Assembly (NCBI GenBank): GCA_046350555.1
Contig: JAXMAF010000009.1
Location: forward strand, 9,900-73,899
Direction of reading: 5' to 3'
Origin: Phycisphaerales bacterium
GTDB taxonomy: Bacteria > Planctomycetota > Phycisphaerae > Phycisphaerales > SM1A02
DNA: 64,000 bases
The position numbers were made by a program, and so were the translations under genes. The stretch's first letter is position 1, and the number at the start of each line of letters is the position of its first letter. The notes beneath the pieces were generated by a model. The model worked only from the letters and a program-made list of their open reading frames with translations, was not told where the DNA came from and did not search any database. This document shows, piece after piece, positions 1 to 9,943 of the stretch.

Positions 1-1
1 C

Positions 2-1636
2 GTGCAGCTTCCCGACGCCGCGTCGCTGGAGCGCACGCAGGAAGTGATGGCCAAGGCGAGCGAGATCGCCCTCGCGACGCCCGGCGTGGCGCATACCGCG
101 GGCATCTCGGGGCTGTCGCTGCTCATGATGACGGGAAGCTCCAACTTCGGCTCGATGTTCATCGTGCTCGAGCCGTTCGAGAAGCGGCGCGCGCCGGAGC
201 TCGGCGCCGCCGCGATCGTCGAGAAGCTCAAGGTCGCCTACGCCGCGGCGATCACCGATGCCGAGCTCGGCGTGCTCGGCGCGCCGCCGGTGCCGGGGCT
301 CGGCGTCGCCGCGGGGTTCAAGCTCATGGTCCAGGACCGCGAGGCGCTCGGGTTCCCGGGTCTCCAGCAAGGCGCCGATGCGCTGATCGCCGACGTCCTG
401 CGCAATCCGGGCATCATGCTCGCCCTGACGCCCTTCCGCGCCGACACGCCGCAGCTTGGGCTGGAGATCGATCGCACCAAGGCGCGCATGCTCGGCGTCT
501 CGATGAAGGATGTCTCGACGACGCTCGACGCCGCGCTCGGTTCGACGTATGTCCAGAACTTCAGCGCCTTCGGGCGCTCGTGGCAGGTGATCGTGCAGGC
601 CGACGGGATGTTCCGGGTCGGCGCAACCGACGTCGGCATGTTGCAGGTCCGCAACGATCGCGGCGACATGGTTCCGCTGGCGACGCTGGTCCAGCCGAAC
701 AACGCGACGGGTCCGGTGATGGTGACGCGCTACAACCTCTTCCCCGCCGCGCCGATCCTTGCCGCCCCGCGGCCGGGCACCGGCGCCGGAACCGCGATGG
801 CCATCCTCGACGACGCCGCGGCCGCCACGCTGCCGCCGCAACTGACCACCGAATGGACCGAGCTCATGTTCATGCAGCGCCGCGCGGGCAACGCCGCGAT
901 GTGGGCGTTCGCGATCGGCGTGGCGCTGGTCTTCCTGGCGCTGGCGGCGCTCTATGAGCGCTGGACGCTGCCGTTGGCGGTGGTGCTCGTCGTGCCGATG
1001 TGCCTCATGTCCGCCCTCGCCGGCGTCGCCTGGCGCGGCCTCTCGATCGATCTCTTCGTGCAGATCGGCTTGATCGTCTTGATCGGCCTGGCGTGCAAGA
1101 ACGCGATCCTGATCGTCGAGTTCGCCAGGCGCCTGCGCAGCGACGGCGCCGCGCGTCATGACGCCGCGGTCGAGGCGGCGCGCGTGCGGCTCCGCCCGAT
1201 CGTCATGACATCGCTGGCGTTCATCCTCGGCGTCTTCCCCATGGTGATCGCGCACGGCGCCGGCGCCGAGATGCGCTGGTCGCTCGGCACCGCGGTCTTC
1301 GGCGGCATGATCGGCGTGACCCTCTTCGGGCTGGTGCTGACGCCGGTCTTCTTCGTCGTGGTGGACGCCGTGGCGTCGATGGCGTGGCTCGCGCGCCTGC
1401 GCGAGCGCGCGGGCGCATCGCCTGCGCTGGCGGCGCTCGCCGGCGCGGTCGTGGGTGCGGCCATGACGGCGCTCTTGTGGCGTTCCGGGTTCCTTGCGGT
1501 GCAATGGGCCGTCGTTGCCGGCGCAGCGCTGGGGCTTCCGTGCGCCCTTCTCGTTGCGCGCCGTCGATCGCCGCGTGCGCTTCCGTCGTCGCACGGTCCT
1601 GGGCGCAGCGCGATGCAGCGGGAGGCCGCCACATGA
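2..1636 (+). CDS. RND (HAE1/AcrB-type) efflux permease, C-terminal ~540 aa; the 5' end lies outside the window
   Basis: ORF track 2..1636. It carries AcrB-family C-terminal motifs (GLACKNAILIVEFA, RLRPIVMTSLAFILGVFPM) and is colinear with the C-terminal half of the next gene. Its stop TGA (1634-1636) overlaps the next start as ATGA. Confidence 0.9.
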   Translation: MQLPDAASLERTQEVMAKASEIALATPGVAHTAGISGLSLLMMTGSSNFGSMFIVLEPFEKRRAPELGAAAIVEKLKVAYAAAITDAELGVLGAPPVPGLGVAAGFKLMVQDREALGFPGLQQGADALIADVLRNPGIMLALTPFRADTPQLGLEIDRTKARMLGVSMKDVSTTLDAALGSTYVQNFSAFGRSWQVIVQADGMFRVGATDVGMLQVRNDRGDMVPLATLVQPNNATGPVMVTRYNLFPAAPILAAPRPGTGAGTAMAILDDAAAATLPPQLTTEWTELMFMQRRAGNAAMWAFAIGVALVFLALAALYERWTLPLAVVLVVPMCLMSALAGVAWRGLSIDLFVQIGLIVLIGLACKNAILIVEFARRLRSDGAARHDAAVEAARVRLRPIVMTSLAFILGVFPMVIAHGAGAEMRWSLGTAVFGGMIGVTLFGLVLTPVFFVVVDAVASMAWLARLRERAGASPALAALAGAVVGAAMTALLWRSGFLAVQWAVVAGAALGLPCALLVARRRSPRALPSSHGPGRSAMQREAAT

Positions 1637-4600
1637 TCTCCCGCTTCTTCATCGACCGGCCGATCTTCGCGACGGTCCTCTCGATCCTGATCGTGCTCGC
1701 CGGCGCGGCGGCGCTGCCGTCGCTGCCCATCGCGCAGTATCCCGACGTCGCGCCACCGACCGTGGTGGTGAGCGCCAGCTATCCCGGCGCCAACGCCCGC
1801 ACGGTGCGCGACACCGTCGCCGCGCCGATCGAGCAGCAGGTGAGCGGGGTCGAGAACATGCTGGCGATGTCGTCGACCAGCGCCAGCGACGGCTCGTACA
1901 CGCTCTCGGTCACCTTCAAGCTCGGCACCAGCGCCGACATGGCCCAGGTGCTGGTGCAGAACCGCGTCTCGCTGGCGCTGCCGGTGATTCCCGAGGTGGT
2001 GCAGCGCGAGGGAATCACGGTCACGAAGGTGTCGCCGAGCACGCTGATGATCGTGAATCTCGTCTCGACGAACCCCGATGACGACGCCCTCTACCTCAGC
2101 AACTACGCGACGATCCAGGTGCGCGACGAGCTGGCGCGCGTCGACGGCGTGGGCGACGTCGGCTACCTCGGCCAGCGCGACTACAGCATGCGAATCTGGC
2201 TGAACCCCGACCGCATGGCGGCGCTCGAGCTCTCCACCGACGACATCGTCGAGGCGATCAGCCAGCAGAACGCCCAGATCGCAGCAGGCCAGATCGGCCA
2301 GCCGCCCGTCCCCGCCGGACAAGAACTGCAACTGGTCATCGATGCGAAGGGCCGCCTCGTCGACGAGAAGCAGTTCGGCGACATCATCATCAAAGTGCGC
2401 ACCGATGCGGCGATCGGCACCGCCTCGAGCGTCGTCCGGCTTCACGACGTGGCCCGCATCGAGCTCGGGGCCCAGCAGTATGGCCAATCGTCGACGCTCG
2501 ACGGCAAGCCGTCGGTCGGCCTTGCGGTCTTCGCGCTGCCCGGGGCCAACGCCCTGCGCACCGCCGAGGCGATCCGCGCCAGGATGGAGACGCTGAAGGA
2601 TCGCTTTCCGCCGGGACTCGACTACCGAATCGTCTACGACACCACGCCCTTCGTGCGCGAATCGATCATCGAGGTCTTCCGCACGCTGCGCGACGCGATT
2701 GTGCTGGTGGCGCTCGTCGTGCTGCTCTTCCTCCAGAGCTGGCGGGCGGCGCTCATTCCACTCGTGGCCGTTCCCGTCGCGATCATCGGCACGTTCGCGG
2801 TCATGGCGGCGATGGGATTCTCGTTGAACACGCTCTCGCTCTTCGGCCTCGTGCTGGCGATCGGCATCGTCGTGGACGACGCGATCGTCGTGGCCGAGAA
2901 CGTCGAGCGTTGGCTGGAGCAGGGACTCTCGCCGCGCGACGCGGCGGTGAAGGCGATGGAGGAAGTCACCGGTCCGGTGATCGCCATTGCGCTGGTGCTC
3001 TGCGCCGTCTTCGTTCCGTGCGCCTTCATCGGTGGCGTGACTGGTCGCTTCTTCCGCGAGTTCGCGGTGGCGATCGCCGTCTCGACCGCGATCTCGGCCT
3101 TCAACTCGCTGACGTTGAGTCCGGCGCTGGCGGCGCTCCTGCTGCGCCGGCGCGGCGAGGGCCGCGACTGGGTGACGCGCGGGCTCGACGCGCTGCTCGG
3201 CTGGTTCTTCCGTCTCTTCAACCACTCCTTCGATCTCGCGGGCGGCGCGTACGTCGCGGCCGTCGGCGGCATGCTGCGCGGATGGTTGCTGGTGCTTCTT
3301 CTCTACGGCGGCCTGATTTGGCTCGCGTGGTGGCAGTTCGCCGCGGCGCCAAAGGGGTTCGTTCCCGAGCAGGACAAGGGCTACCTGCTCGTGAACGTGC
3401 AGCTTCCCGACGGGGCGTCGCTCGAGCGCACGCGCGCGGCGATGGCGGCGATCGAGGCGCAGGCGCTCAACGCACCGGGCGTCGCCCACACAGTGTCGAT
3501 CGCCGGCGAGTCGCTGGCGCTCGAGGTGACGGCGCCGAACCTCGGCTCCATGTACGTCATGCTCGCGCCGTTCGACGAGCGCCGCGGCCACTCGGCGAAC
3601 GAGATCGCCGACGGCCTTCGCGCTCGCTTCGCCGACTTCACCGATGCGCGGCTCTCCGTCTTCGGCGCCCCCGCCATCGATGGGCTTGGCGCAACCGGCG
3701 GGTTCCGGCTGATGATCCAGGACTTCGGCACCGACGCCTCGGACGCGCGCGGGCTCACGGCCTTGCTCGAAGCGACCGACGCGGTGGTCGCCGCGGCGAA
3801 CCAATCATCCGAACTGGTCGGCGTCGAAGGCGCATCGGGCCTCGAGACGCCGTGGCTCCGCGTCGACATCGACCGCGTGAAGTGCCAGTCGCTCGGCGTC
3901 ACGCTCGCCACGGTGCTCGACACGCTCCAGGCGCAGCTCGGCTCGTACGACGTCAACAACTTCAACCAGTTCGGCCGCTCGTGGCAGGTGATCGTGATGG
4001 GCGACGCACCGTTCCGGCGGCGCATCGACGACATCGGCCGGCTCCAGGTGCGCGGCGTCCACGGGAACATGGTGCCCTTGGCCACGCTCATCTCGGTCCA
4101 GGAGACGACCGGTCCGATGGCCCTGACTCGCTTCAACATGCGCTCGGCCGCGGCGGTGACCGGTGGCTTCGCGCCGGGCGCAAGCTCCGGCGAGGCGATC
4201 CGGCGCGTCGAGACGATCGCCCGCGAGACCCTTCCGCCGGACATGATGTTCACCTGGACCGGCCTGGTCTCCATGCAGGTGCAGGCCCAGGGCGCCGGAT
4301 TGCAGGTCTTCGCCCTGGCGATCGTCTTCGTCTTCCTCGTGCTGGCGGCGCAGTACGAGAGCTGGCGCCTTCCGATGGCGGTGATCCTCGTTGCGCCGAT
4401 GTGCCTGCTCTGCGCCGTGATCGGCGTCGTGCGCGCCCGGCTGGACATCGATGTCTTCACCGAGGTCGGCTTCGTGGTGCTGGTCGGGCTGGCGAGCAAG
4501 AACGCGATCCTGATCGTCGAGTTCGCGCGCCAGCGCCGCAGCGCCGGCGCCTCGCGCCGCGAGGCGACGCTCGACGCGTGCCGATTGCGCCTGCGCCCGA

Positions 4601-4848
4601 TCGTGATGACCTCGATGGCGTTCATCCTCGGCGTGGTCCCGCTGGTGCTCGCCCAAGGCGCCGGCGCCGAGATGCGCCGCGCCCTTGGCGTCGCGGTCTT
4701 CTCGGGAATGATCGGCGTGACGCTCTTCGGACTGCTGCTGACGCCGGTCTTCTTCTACGTGGTCACGGCGCTTGGCGGTGGTTCGGCACCCGTCCCAACA
4801 TCCCCGTTGAACCCGTCGCCCAATCCGCCGGACGCGATCGCAAGCTGA
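1633..4848 (+). CDS. RND (HAE1/AcrB-type) efflux permease, full length (1071 aa)
   Basis: In-frame ATG at 1633 inside ORF 1384..4848 gives the canonical N-terminus MISRFFIDRPIFATVLSILIVLAG. It has 12-TM AcrB architecture, with GLASKNAILIVEFA and RLRPIVMTSMAFILGVVPL near the C-terminus. Confidence 0.93.
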   Translation: MISRFFIDRPIFATVLSILIVLAGAAALPSLPIAQYPDVAPPTVVVSASYPGANARTVRDTVAAPIEQQVSGVENMLAMSSTSASDGSYTLSVTFKLGTSADMAQVLVQNRVSLALPVIPEVVQREGITVTKVSPSTLMIVNLVSTNPDDDALYLSNYATIQVRDELARVDGVGDVGYLGQRDYSMRIWLNPDRMAALELSTDDIVEAISQQNAQIAAGQIGQPPVPAGQELQLVIDAKGRLVDEKQFGDIIIKVRTDAAIGTASSVVRLHDVARIELGAQQYGQSSTLDGKPSVGLAVFALPGANALRTAEAIRARMETLKDRFPPGLDYRIVYDTTPFVRESIIEVFRTLRDAIVLVALVVLLFLQSWRAALIPLVAVPVAIIGTFAVMAAMGFSLNTLSLFGLVLAIGIVVDDAIVVAENVERWLEQGLSPRDAAVKAMEEVTGPVIAIALVLCAVFVPCAFIGGVTGRFFREFAVAIAVSTAISAFNSLTLSPALAALLLRRRGEGRDWVTRGLDALLGWFFRLFNHSFDLAGGAYVAAVGGMLRGWLLVLLLYGGLIWLAWWQFAAAPKGFVPEQDKGYLLVNVQLPDGASLERTRAAMAAIEAQALNAPGVAHTVSIAGESLALEVTAPNLGSMYVMLAPFDERRGHSANEIADGLRARFADFTDARLSVFGAPAIDGLGATGGFRLMIQDFGTDASDARGLTALLEATDAVVAAANQSSELVGVEGASGLETPWLRVDIDRVKCQSLGVTLATVLDTLQAQLGSYDVNNFNQFGRSWQVIVMGDAPFRRRIDDIGRLQVRGVHGNMVPLATLISVQETTGPMALTRFNMRSAAAVTGGFAPGASSGEAIRRVETIARETLPPDMMFTWTGLVSMQVQAQGAGLQVFALAIVFVFLVLAAQYESWRLPMAVILVAPMCLLCAVIGVVRARLDIDVFTEVGFVVLVGLASKNAILIVEFARQRRSAGASRREATLDACRLRLRPIVMTSMAFILGVVPLVLAQGAGAEMRRALGVAVFSGMIGVTLFGLLLTPVFFYVVTALGGGSAPVPTSPLNPSPNPPDAIAS

Positions 4849-4940
4849 ACGCAACGGCCATCTGTCCGGGGGCGTCACTGCGCTCGACGCACGGCTCCCG
4901 ACGTTCGGGCCTCCGGCCCGAGGACGCGCACCAAGCGCAA

Positions 4941-6494
4941 TCACGGGGTCGTCTGGACCGGCTCTCCGAGCCACGCCTGCCATCCGCCGCCGAGCGCGCG
5001 GTAGGTGTCGACCAGTCCCCGCGCAATCTCGCCCCGCGCGTCCGCCTCGAGGTCTTCCGTCTCGAGCAGGTCCTGCTCGAGCAGCGACACGCGGTTGAAG
5101 TCGACCATGCCTTCCTTGTATTGCAGCAGCGCGATCGCCGCCGACTGCTGCGCCGCGGCCACGGCGACGCGCAGGTGCATGACGCGCTGCTGCGATTGCA
5201 GGAAGCGCACGATGCCGCTCTCGGCCTCGGCGTTCGCCTTGAGAACGCTCTGTTCGTACGACGCCACCGCCGCCTCGAACGCCGCCTTCTTCAGCCGCAC
5301 GTTGCTCGCGGTGCGGCCGTAGTCGAAGAGCTTCCACTGGAACGACGGGCCGATGCTGCCGGTTCCCGATCCGCTGGTGAAGAGGTCGGAGAACTGTTCG
5401 GCCGAGACGCCGATCGAACCGCCGAGCGAGATCGCCGGATAGAAGTCGCTCTCGGCGATGCCGATCTTGGCGCACTCCGCCGCCGCGAGCCGCTCCTGTC
5501 GGCGCACGTCGGGGCGGCGGCGCAGCAGGTCGGCGGGAATGCCGACGGCGACCGAGGTCGGCGCCGTTGGAATGCCGCCCTTTCCAAGGCGTTCGGAGAG
5601 GCTGGTCGTCGGAATGCCGAGCAGCACGCAGAGCGAATCGCCCGCGATGCGGCGCTCGATCTCGAGCTGTGGAACCTGGGCCTCGGTGCGCGCCAGGGTC
5701 GACGTCGCCTGGTCGACATCGAGCTCCGAGACGTCGCCGCCATCGAACTTCGCCTGGGCGATCGCGAGGGTCTCCTTCTGAAGCGCGATGTTGGCGCGCG
5801 CCGTCGCGAGCCGCGCCTCGATCGTGCGGATCTGGATGTATCGCGTCGCGACATCGCCGAGCATCGTGACGAGCACGTCGTCGTATTCGTCGACCGACGC
5901 CTCGAGCTCCGCCTCGGCCGCCTCGATGGCGCGTCGGAAGCGGCCCCAGAAGTCGATCTCCCACGAGAGCCCGAAGCCGAGCGACCAGTTGTCGAAGGTC
6001 CGCTTCGGGAATGGGATCGGCAGGTCGCCGAACTGCTTGTCGCTGACCGTCGAGCGCGTGAAGCCGCCTTCGGCGCCTTGCTGCTGCGGAAAGAACTCGC
6101 CGACGGCGATCCCGAGGATGGCCCGCGCCTCGAGCACGCGAAAGCCCGCCTCGCGCAGCGACAGGTTCTGCTGCGACGCGGCGACGACGAGCTCGTCGAG
6201 GACGGGATCGTTGAAGACCTTCCACCACTCGCGTTCCGTCGGCTCGGTCGAGACGAGACGGACGTCGTTCGCGTCGATCCAGCCACCCGAGATCGCGGCG
6301 TCCGGCTCGACGTAGTTCGGTCCGACCTTGAGGCCGTTCTTCGCCCATTGGCCGAGGGAATCGCAGCCGGCGAGGGCGATGGCGCTTCCGAGGGCGATGA
6401 TCGATGCCGTGCGGGCGCGGTGGAAGGTGGATGTTCCCGGCGGCGGCATCGGTGTGACGGCGGTACGGTACCGCGGCGACCGCCGCGATCCCAT
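4941..6494 (-). CDS. RND efflux outer-membrane factor lipoprotein, NodT family
   Basis: It has a lipobox (IALAGC) followed by VGPNYVEPD and two OEP-type helical repeats. It is convergent with the RND genes. The start could instead be the internal ATG at 6449. Confidence 0.9.
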   Translation of the reverse strand: MGSRRSPRYRTAVTPMPPPGTSTFHRARTASIIALGSAIALAGCDSLGQWAKNGLKVGPNYVEPDAAISGGWIDANDVRLVSTEPTEREWWKVFNDPVLDELVVAASQQNLSLREAGFRVLEARAILGIAVGEFFPQQQGAEGGFTRSTVSDKQFGDLPIPFPKRTFDNWSLGFGLSWEIDFWGRFRRAIEAAEAELEASVDEYDDVLVTMLGDVATRYIQIRTIEARLATARANIALQKETLAIAQAKFDGGDVSELDVDQATSTLARTEAQVPQLEIERRIAGDSLCVLLGIPTTSLSERLGKGGIPTAPTSVAVGIPADLLRRRPDVRRQERLAAAECAKIGIAESDFYPAISLGGSIGVSAEQFSDLFTSGSGTGSIGPSFQWKLFDYGRTASNVRLKKAAFEAAVASYEQSVLKANAEAESGIVRFLQSQQRVMHLRVAVAAAQQSAAIALLQYKEGMVDFNRVSLLEQDLLETEDLEADARGEIARGLVDTYRALGGGWQAWLGEPVQTTP

Positions 6495-6524
6495 CGCCTC
6501 GCCGAACGCACGTCGTCCATCGGC

Positions 6525-8090
6525 TCACCCCATCAGCGGCTGCATCTCCTTCGGCTTGTAGACGACAGGAAGCTCGACGGCAAACGCCGCACCCTTGCCC
6601 GGCTGGCTCACCACGCTCACGGTGGCGCCCAACAGGTCGCCAAGCTCGCGACAGATCGCGAGGCCGAGTCCAGTTCCGCCATGCTTGCGCGTGTGGCTCG
6701 CCTCGAGCTGTCGGAAGCGCCGGAAGATCGTCTCCTGCTGGTCGTATGGAATGCCCGGGCCGCGGTCGATGACGCTGATGCGCACGCCCGTTCCGGCGTC
6801 GTCGCGCGCGACGCGATCGGCGGCGATCGTGATCGTCGCGCCGCTGGGCGAGAACTTGATCGCATTGCTCAGGAAGTTGTAGAGGATCTGCTGGAGCTTC
6901 CCCGGATCGGTCTCGACGACGGGAACATCGGCGCCGACGCGGGTGGAGAGCGTCAGCGACTTCTCCTCCGCCTGCGGACGCATGATCGTCTGCAATCCCT
7001 CGATGACGTCGGCGACGCTCACCGGCTCGACGCTCACCTCCATGCGCCCGGCCTCCAGCTTGGCCATCTGGAGGAGGTCGTTGATCATGTCCAGCAGCGA
7101 TCGGCCGCTCACCAGGATGTTGCCGATGTAGCGCAGCCGCTTGGGATCGGCGCCGGCTTCGCCGCGGGCGAGCTCCTCGAGCAGCTCGGCGAATCCGATG
7201 ATGGAATTGAGCGGCGTGCGCAGCTCGTGGCTCACGTTGGCGACGAACTCGCTCTTCAGCCGGTTCGACTCGTCGAGGCCGAGGTTCGCCTCGGCGAGCT
7301 GGCTCACCTTGAGGTCGAGCGACTCGTTCATGGTGCGCAACTGCTCCTGCGTGAGCTGCACCCTGTCGAGCATCGTGTTGATCGCATCGCCAAGCTGCTC
7401 GAAGTCGTCGCCCGTGGCGATCTTGGAGCGCACGGCGAGGTCGCCGCGCTGCACCCTCTCCGCGGTCTCGCGCAGCTTGTGCATCGGCGAGAGGACGAGC
7501 TTGGTCAGGATGAAGTAGAAGACGAGCACCGCGAGCAGCCCCGCGACGAGGCCGGTGGCGACGATGGTCACGCGGCTGAGCATGAGCTGCCCCGCCGCGA
7601 ACTCGCTGGTGCGCTCGATCACCAGCACGGCGCGCAGCGGATCGTCGAGCGACGCGTCAACGGTGTGCGGGAGGAAGTCCATGACCCGCCGATCCTCGAT
7701 GGCCCTCCACTGCGTCTCGCGGATCGCCCGGGCGTAGCGGTACTGGCTGCTGCTCCCGTTCGAGACGGCGACGAAGAGCTCCTGCTCGGAGGGATCGGCG
7801 CTGAACCGCTGGATCGCGTCGCGCACGAACTCGTCCGATGCTCCCGGATCGTCGACGCGCGCGTCGACCCGCACGAGGCGCATCGGGATCGGCGCGGCCG
7901 AGCTCTGTCCCAGCGCGATGCCGTTGCCCAGCCAGGTCTGCGCAAGCTGGCGGGCGACCTCGCGCTGGCTCTCCTCGACCAGCGTGTCGGTCCGCACCCA
8001 CGGCACCGCGAGCGCGCCCGCGAGGATCGCGACCACCGCCGCTCCGAAGAGCAACTGGCACTTGTTCGCAAGCGACAGACGGGAGGGCAT
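6525..8090 (-). CDS. Membrane sensor histidine kinase (TM-sensor-TM-HAMP-HisKA-HATPase)
   Basis: It has the H-box FVANVSHELRTPLNSIIGF, an N-box LSNAIKFSP, a G-box GTGLGLAICREL, and two hydrophobic segments flanking a ~150-aa periplasmic region. No response regulator is nearby. Confidence 0.9.
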   Translation of the reverse strand: MPSRLSLANKCQLLFGAAVVAILAGALAVPWVRTDTLVEESQREVARQLAQTWLGNGIALGQSSAAPIPMRLVRVDARVDDPGASDEFVRDAIQRFSADPSEQELFVAVSNGSSSQYRYARAIRETQWRAIEDRRVMDFLPHTVDASLDDPLRAVLVIERTSEFAAGQLMLSRVTIVATGLVAGLLAVLVFYFILTKLVLSPMHKLRETAERVQRGDLAVRSKIATGDDFEQLGDAINTMLDRVQLTQEQLRTMNESLDLKVSQLAEANLGLDESNRLKSEFVANVSHELRTPLNSIIGFAELLEELARGEAGADPKRLRYIGNILVSGRSLLDMINDLLQMAKLEAGRMEVSVEPVSVADVIEGLQTIMRPQAEEKSLTLSTRVGADVPVVETDPGKLQQILYNFLSNAIKFSPSGATITIAADRVARDDAGTGVRISVIDRGPGIPYDQQETIFRRFRQLEASHTRKHGGTGLGLAICRELGDLLGATVSVVSQPGKGAAFAVELPVVYKPKEMQPLMG

Positions 8091-8179
8091 GGGTGGTGCG
8101 AGGAGAGGTCGGCTCGTGTTCGCGCGAGCGGGGCCGTCACGGCGCCGCCGGCCGGCCGGGCCGCCGACCCGACGCCAGG

Positions 8180-8500
8180 TCAGCCGGATCCACGGCGCAG
8201 GTGGCCGGCGATCGTCTCGTCGGCGTCGGCATGGCGTCGACGAAGCGTCGATGCGTCGAACGACTCCGGGAGGTCGGCGAGCGCCACGCGGCTCGCGGCG
8301 AAGCGCAGCACCGCCGCCGCGACGCGCTCCGGCGCATCGGCGCCGTCGATCGACCAGAGGTTGTAGTCGGCCCAGTGCAGCCGGACCTCGATCGATCGCG
8401 CCAGCGCCGGCGCGCGCTCCGTCTCCCGGACGCTCGCCTGGAACGCGAGTCCGTTCGGAAGCGCCCGCTCGCTGAGGATCTGCACGTCCACGTGTACCAT
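8180..8500 (-). CDS. Hypothetical protein, 106 aa
   Basis: This is the last 106 codons of the otherwise spurious ORF 8180..11029, from the ATG at 8500. The composition is non-repetitive and protein-like (MVHVDVQILSERALPNGLAFQ...). It lies directly upstream of the kinase on the same strand. I recognise no family. Confidence 0.45.
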   Translation of the reverse strand: MVHVDVQILSERALPNGLAFQASVRETERAPALARSIEVRLHWADYNLWSIDGADAPERVAAAVLRFAASRVALADLPESFDASTLRRRHADADETIAGHLRRGSG

Positions 8501-8596
8501 CACTCTCGCGATCCTCCTCGGCCGATCCTTCTGCCGACCGCCCGCGTGTGCGACCCGTGCGGCGGGCCGCCGCCCGTTCCAGTCGCCGCGTGGCCC

Positions 8597-9925
8597 ATGA
8601 GCTTCTTCCTCGAAATCGTCCGCCTCGGTCTCACGAACCTCCGGCTGCACCTGCTGCGCTCGGTGCTGACGTCGCTGGGCATCATCCTTGGCGTCGCGGC
8701 CGTGATCATCATGGTTTCGATCGGCGAGGGCAGCAAGCAGGCGGCGCTTCGCCAGATCACGTCGCTCGGCGCGACCAACATCATCGTCCGCTCGGTGAAG
8801 CCGCCCGAGACGTCGTCGCTGGGCGGGCAGCAGCGGTCGATGCTCGTGAGCTACGGCCTCAAGCGCGAGGACCAGCGGCGACTGGAATCCGCGGTCCCCG
8901 ACGCGATCGCGCAGGTTCCGCTCAAGGCCGTCGGCTCGGAGATCAGCTCCGGGGCGACCCGCCTCGTCAGCCAGTCCTTCGGCACCACCCCGAGGCTGGC
9001 CGAGGCCGCCCGGCTCGGCGTTTCCCGCGGCCGGTACCTGACGCAGGACGACGTGGACGCCGTCGCACCGGTCGCCGTGATCGGGGCGGAGATCGCCCAG
9101 AAGTTCTTCCGCCTGCGCGATCCGATCGGCTCCGACCTGCGCATCGACGACCAGGTCTTCAAGGTCGTCGGCGTGCTCCAGCCGATCGGCCTCGCGGGCG
9201 GCGCCGGCTCGGCGCTCGTCGGACGGGACCTCAACTTCGACGTGCACATTCCCATCAGCACCGCGCAGAACCGCTTCGGCGACGTCGTCGTGCGCCGCGC
9301 GTCGGGCTCGTTCACCGGGGAGCTCATCGAGCTCTCCGAGTACTACGTCATCGCCACGTCGACCGAGGACGTGCTCAACACCGCGGCCCGCGTGCGACGG
9401 GTGATCGAGGTCGGCCATCCGACGTTCTCCGACGTGCAGGTCGTGGTGCCGTGGGAGCTGCTCGAGAACCAGAAGCGCACGGCGCGGATCTTCAACATCG
9501 TGCTGACGTCGATCGCCGCCATCTCGCTCGTCGTCGGCGGCATCGGCATCATGAACATCATGCTCGCGTCGGTGACCGAGCGCACGCGCGAGATCGGCAT
9601 CCGCCGCGCGCTCGGCGCCACGCGGAGCAACATCACGGCGCAGTTCCTGGTGGAGACGGGCACGCTCTCGACCGTCGGCGGGCTCGTCGGGATCGTGGTC
9701 GGCGTGGCCGTCTCCGTCGGCGTGGAGCGGGTCGTTCCATGGCTGCTCGCGCGGCCGTTCATGCACCGCTTCGTCGACGCCAAGTTCACCATGGAGACCG
9801 ATGTGACGATCTGGTCGATCGTCGTCTCGTTCGTGGTGGCGGCGCTGGTCGGTCTCGTCTTCGGGATCTATCCCGCGGTGGTCGCCAGCCAGAAGGATCC
9901 GATCGTGGCGCTTCGACACGACTGA
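8597..9925 (+). CDS. ABC transporter permease, MacB/FtsX family (MacB periplasmic core domain plus FtsX)
   Basis: An in-frame ATG at 8597 gives MSFFLEIVRLGLTNLRLHLLRSVLTSLGIILGVAAVI. The C-terminus has a REIGIRRALGA loop and FtsX-type TM helices. No ATPase gene is adjacent. Confidence 0.88.
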   Translation: MSFFLEIVRLGLTNLRLHLLRSVLTSLGIILGVAAVIIMVSIGEGSKQAALRQITSLGATNIIVRSVKPPETSSLGGQQRSMLVSYGLKREDQRRLESAVPDAIAQVPLKAVGSEISSGATRLVSQSFGTTPRLAEAARLGVSRGRYLTQDDVDAVAPVAVIGAEIAQKFFRLRDPIGSDLRIDDQVFKVVGVLQPIGLAGGAGSALVGRDLNFDVHIPISTAQNRFGDVVVRRASGSFTGELIELSEYYVIATSTEDVLNTAARVRRVIEVGHPTFSDVQVVVPWELLENQKRTARIFNIVLTSIAAISLVVGGIGIMNIMLASVTERTREIGIRRALGATRSNITAQFLVETGTLSTVGGLVGIVVGVAVSVGVERVVPWLLARPFMHRFVDAKFTMETDVTIWSIVVSFVVAALVGLVFGIYPAVVASQKDPIVALRHD

Positions 9926-9943
9926 ACCGAAAGGAGCCTCGCG

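Noticed and set aside
1156-3804. An 882-aa minus-strand ORF (and similar ORFs such as 3805..6528, 8180..11029 upstream part, 10914..13229, 18543..20990, 38645..40813) lying antisense to or overlapping well-supported genes.
   Set aside because: The translations are Arg/Ala/Gly/Pro-rich low complexity with no family features. They lie opposite genes with strong family signatures. This is the expected artefact of stop-codon-poor, very GC-rich DNA.
2910-8366. An 1818-aa plus-strand ORF spanning the RND gene, the outer-membrane factor and the kinase region.
   Set aside because: It crosses several real genes on both strands in an alternative frame, and its product is low complexity. It is spurious.
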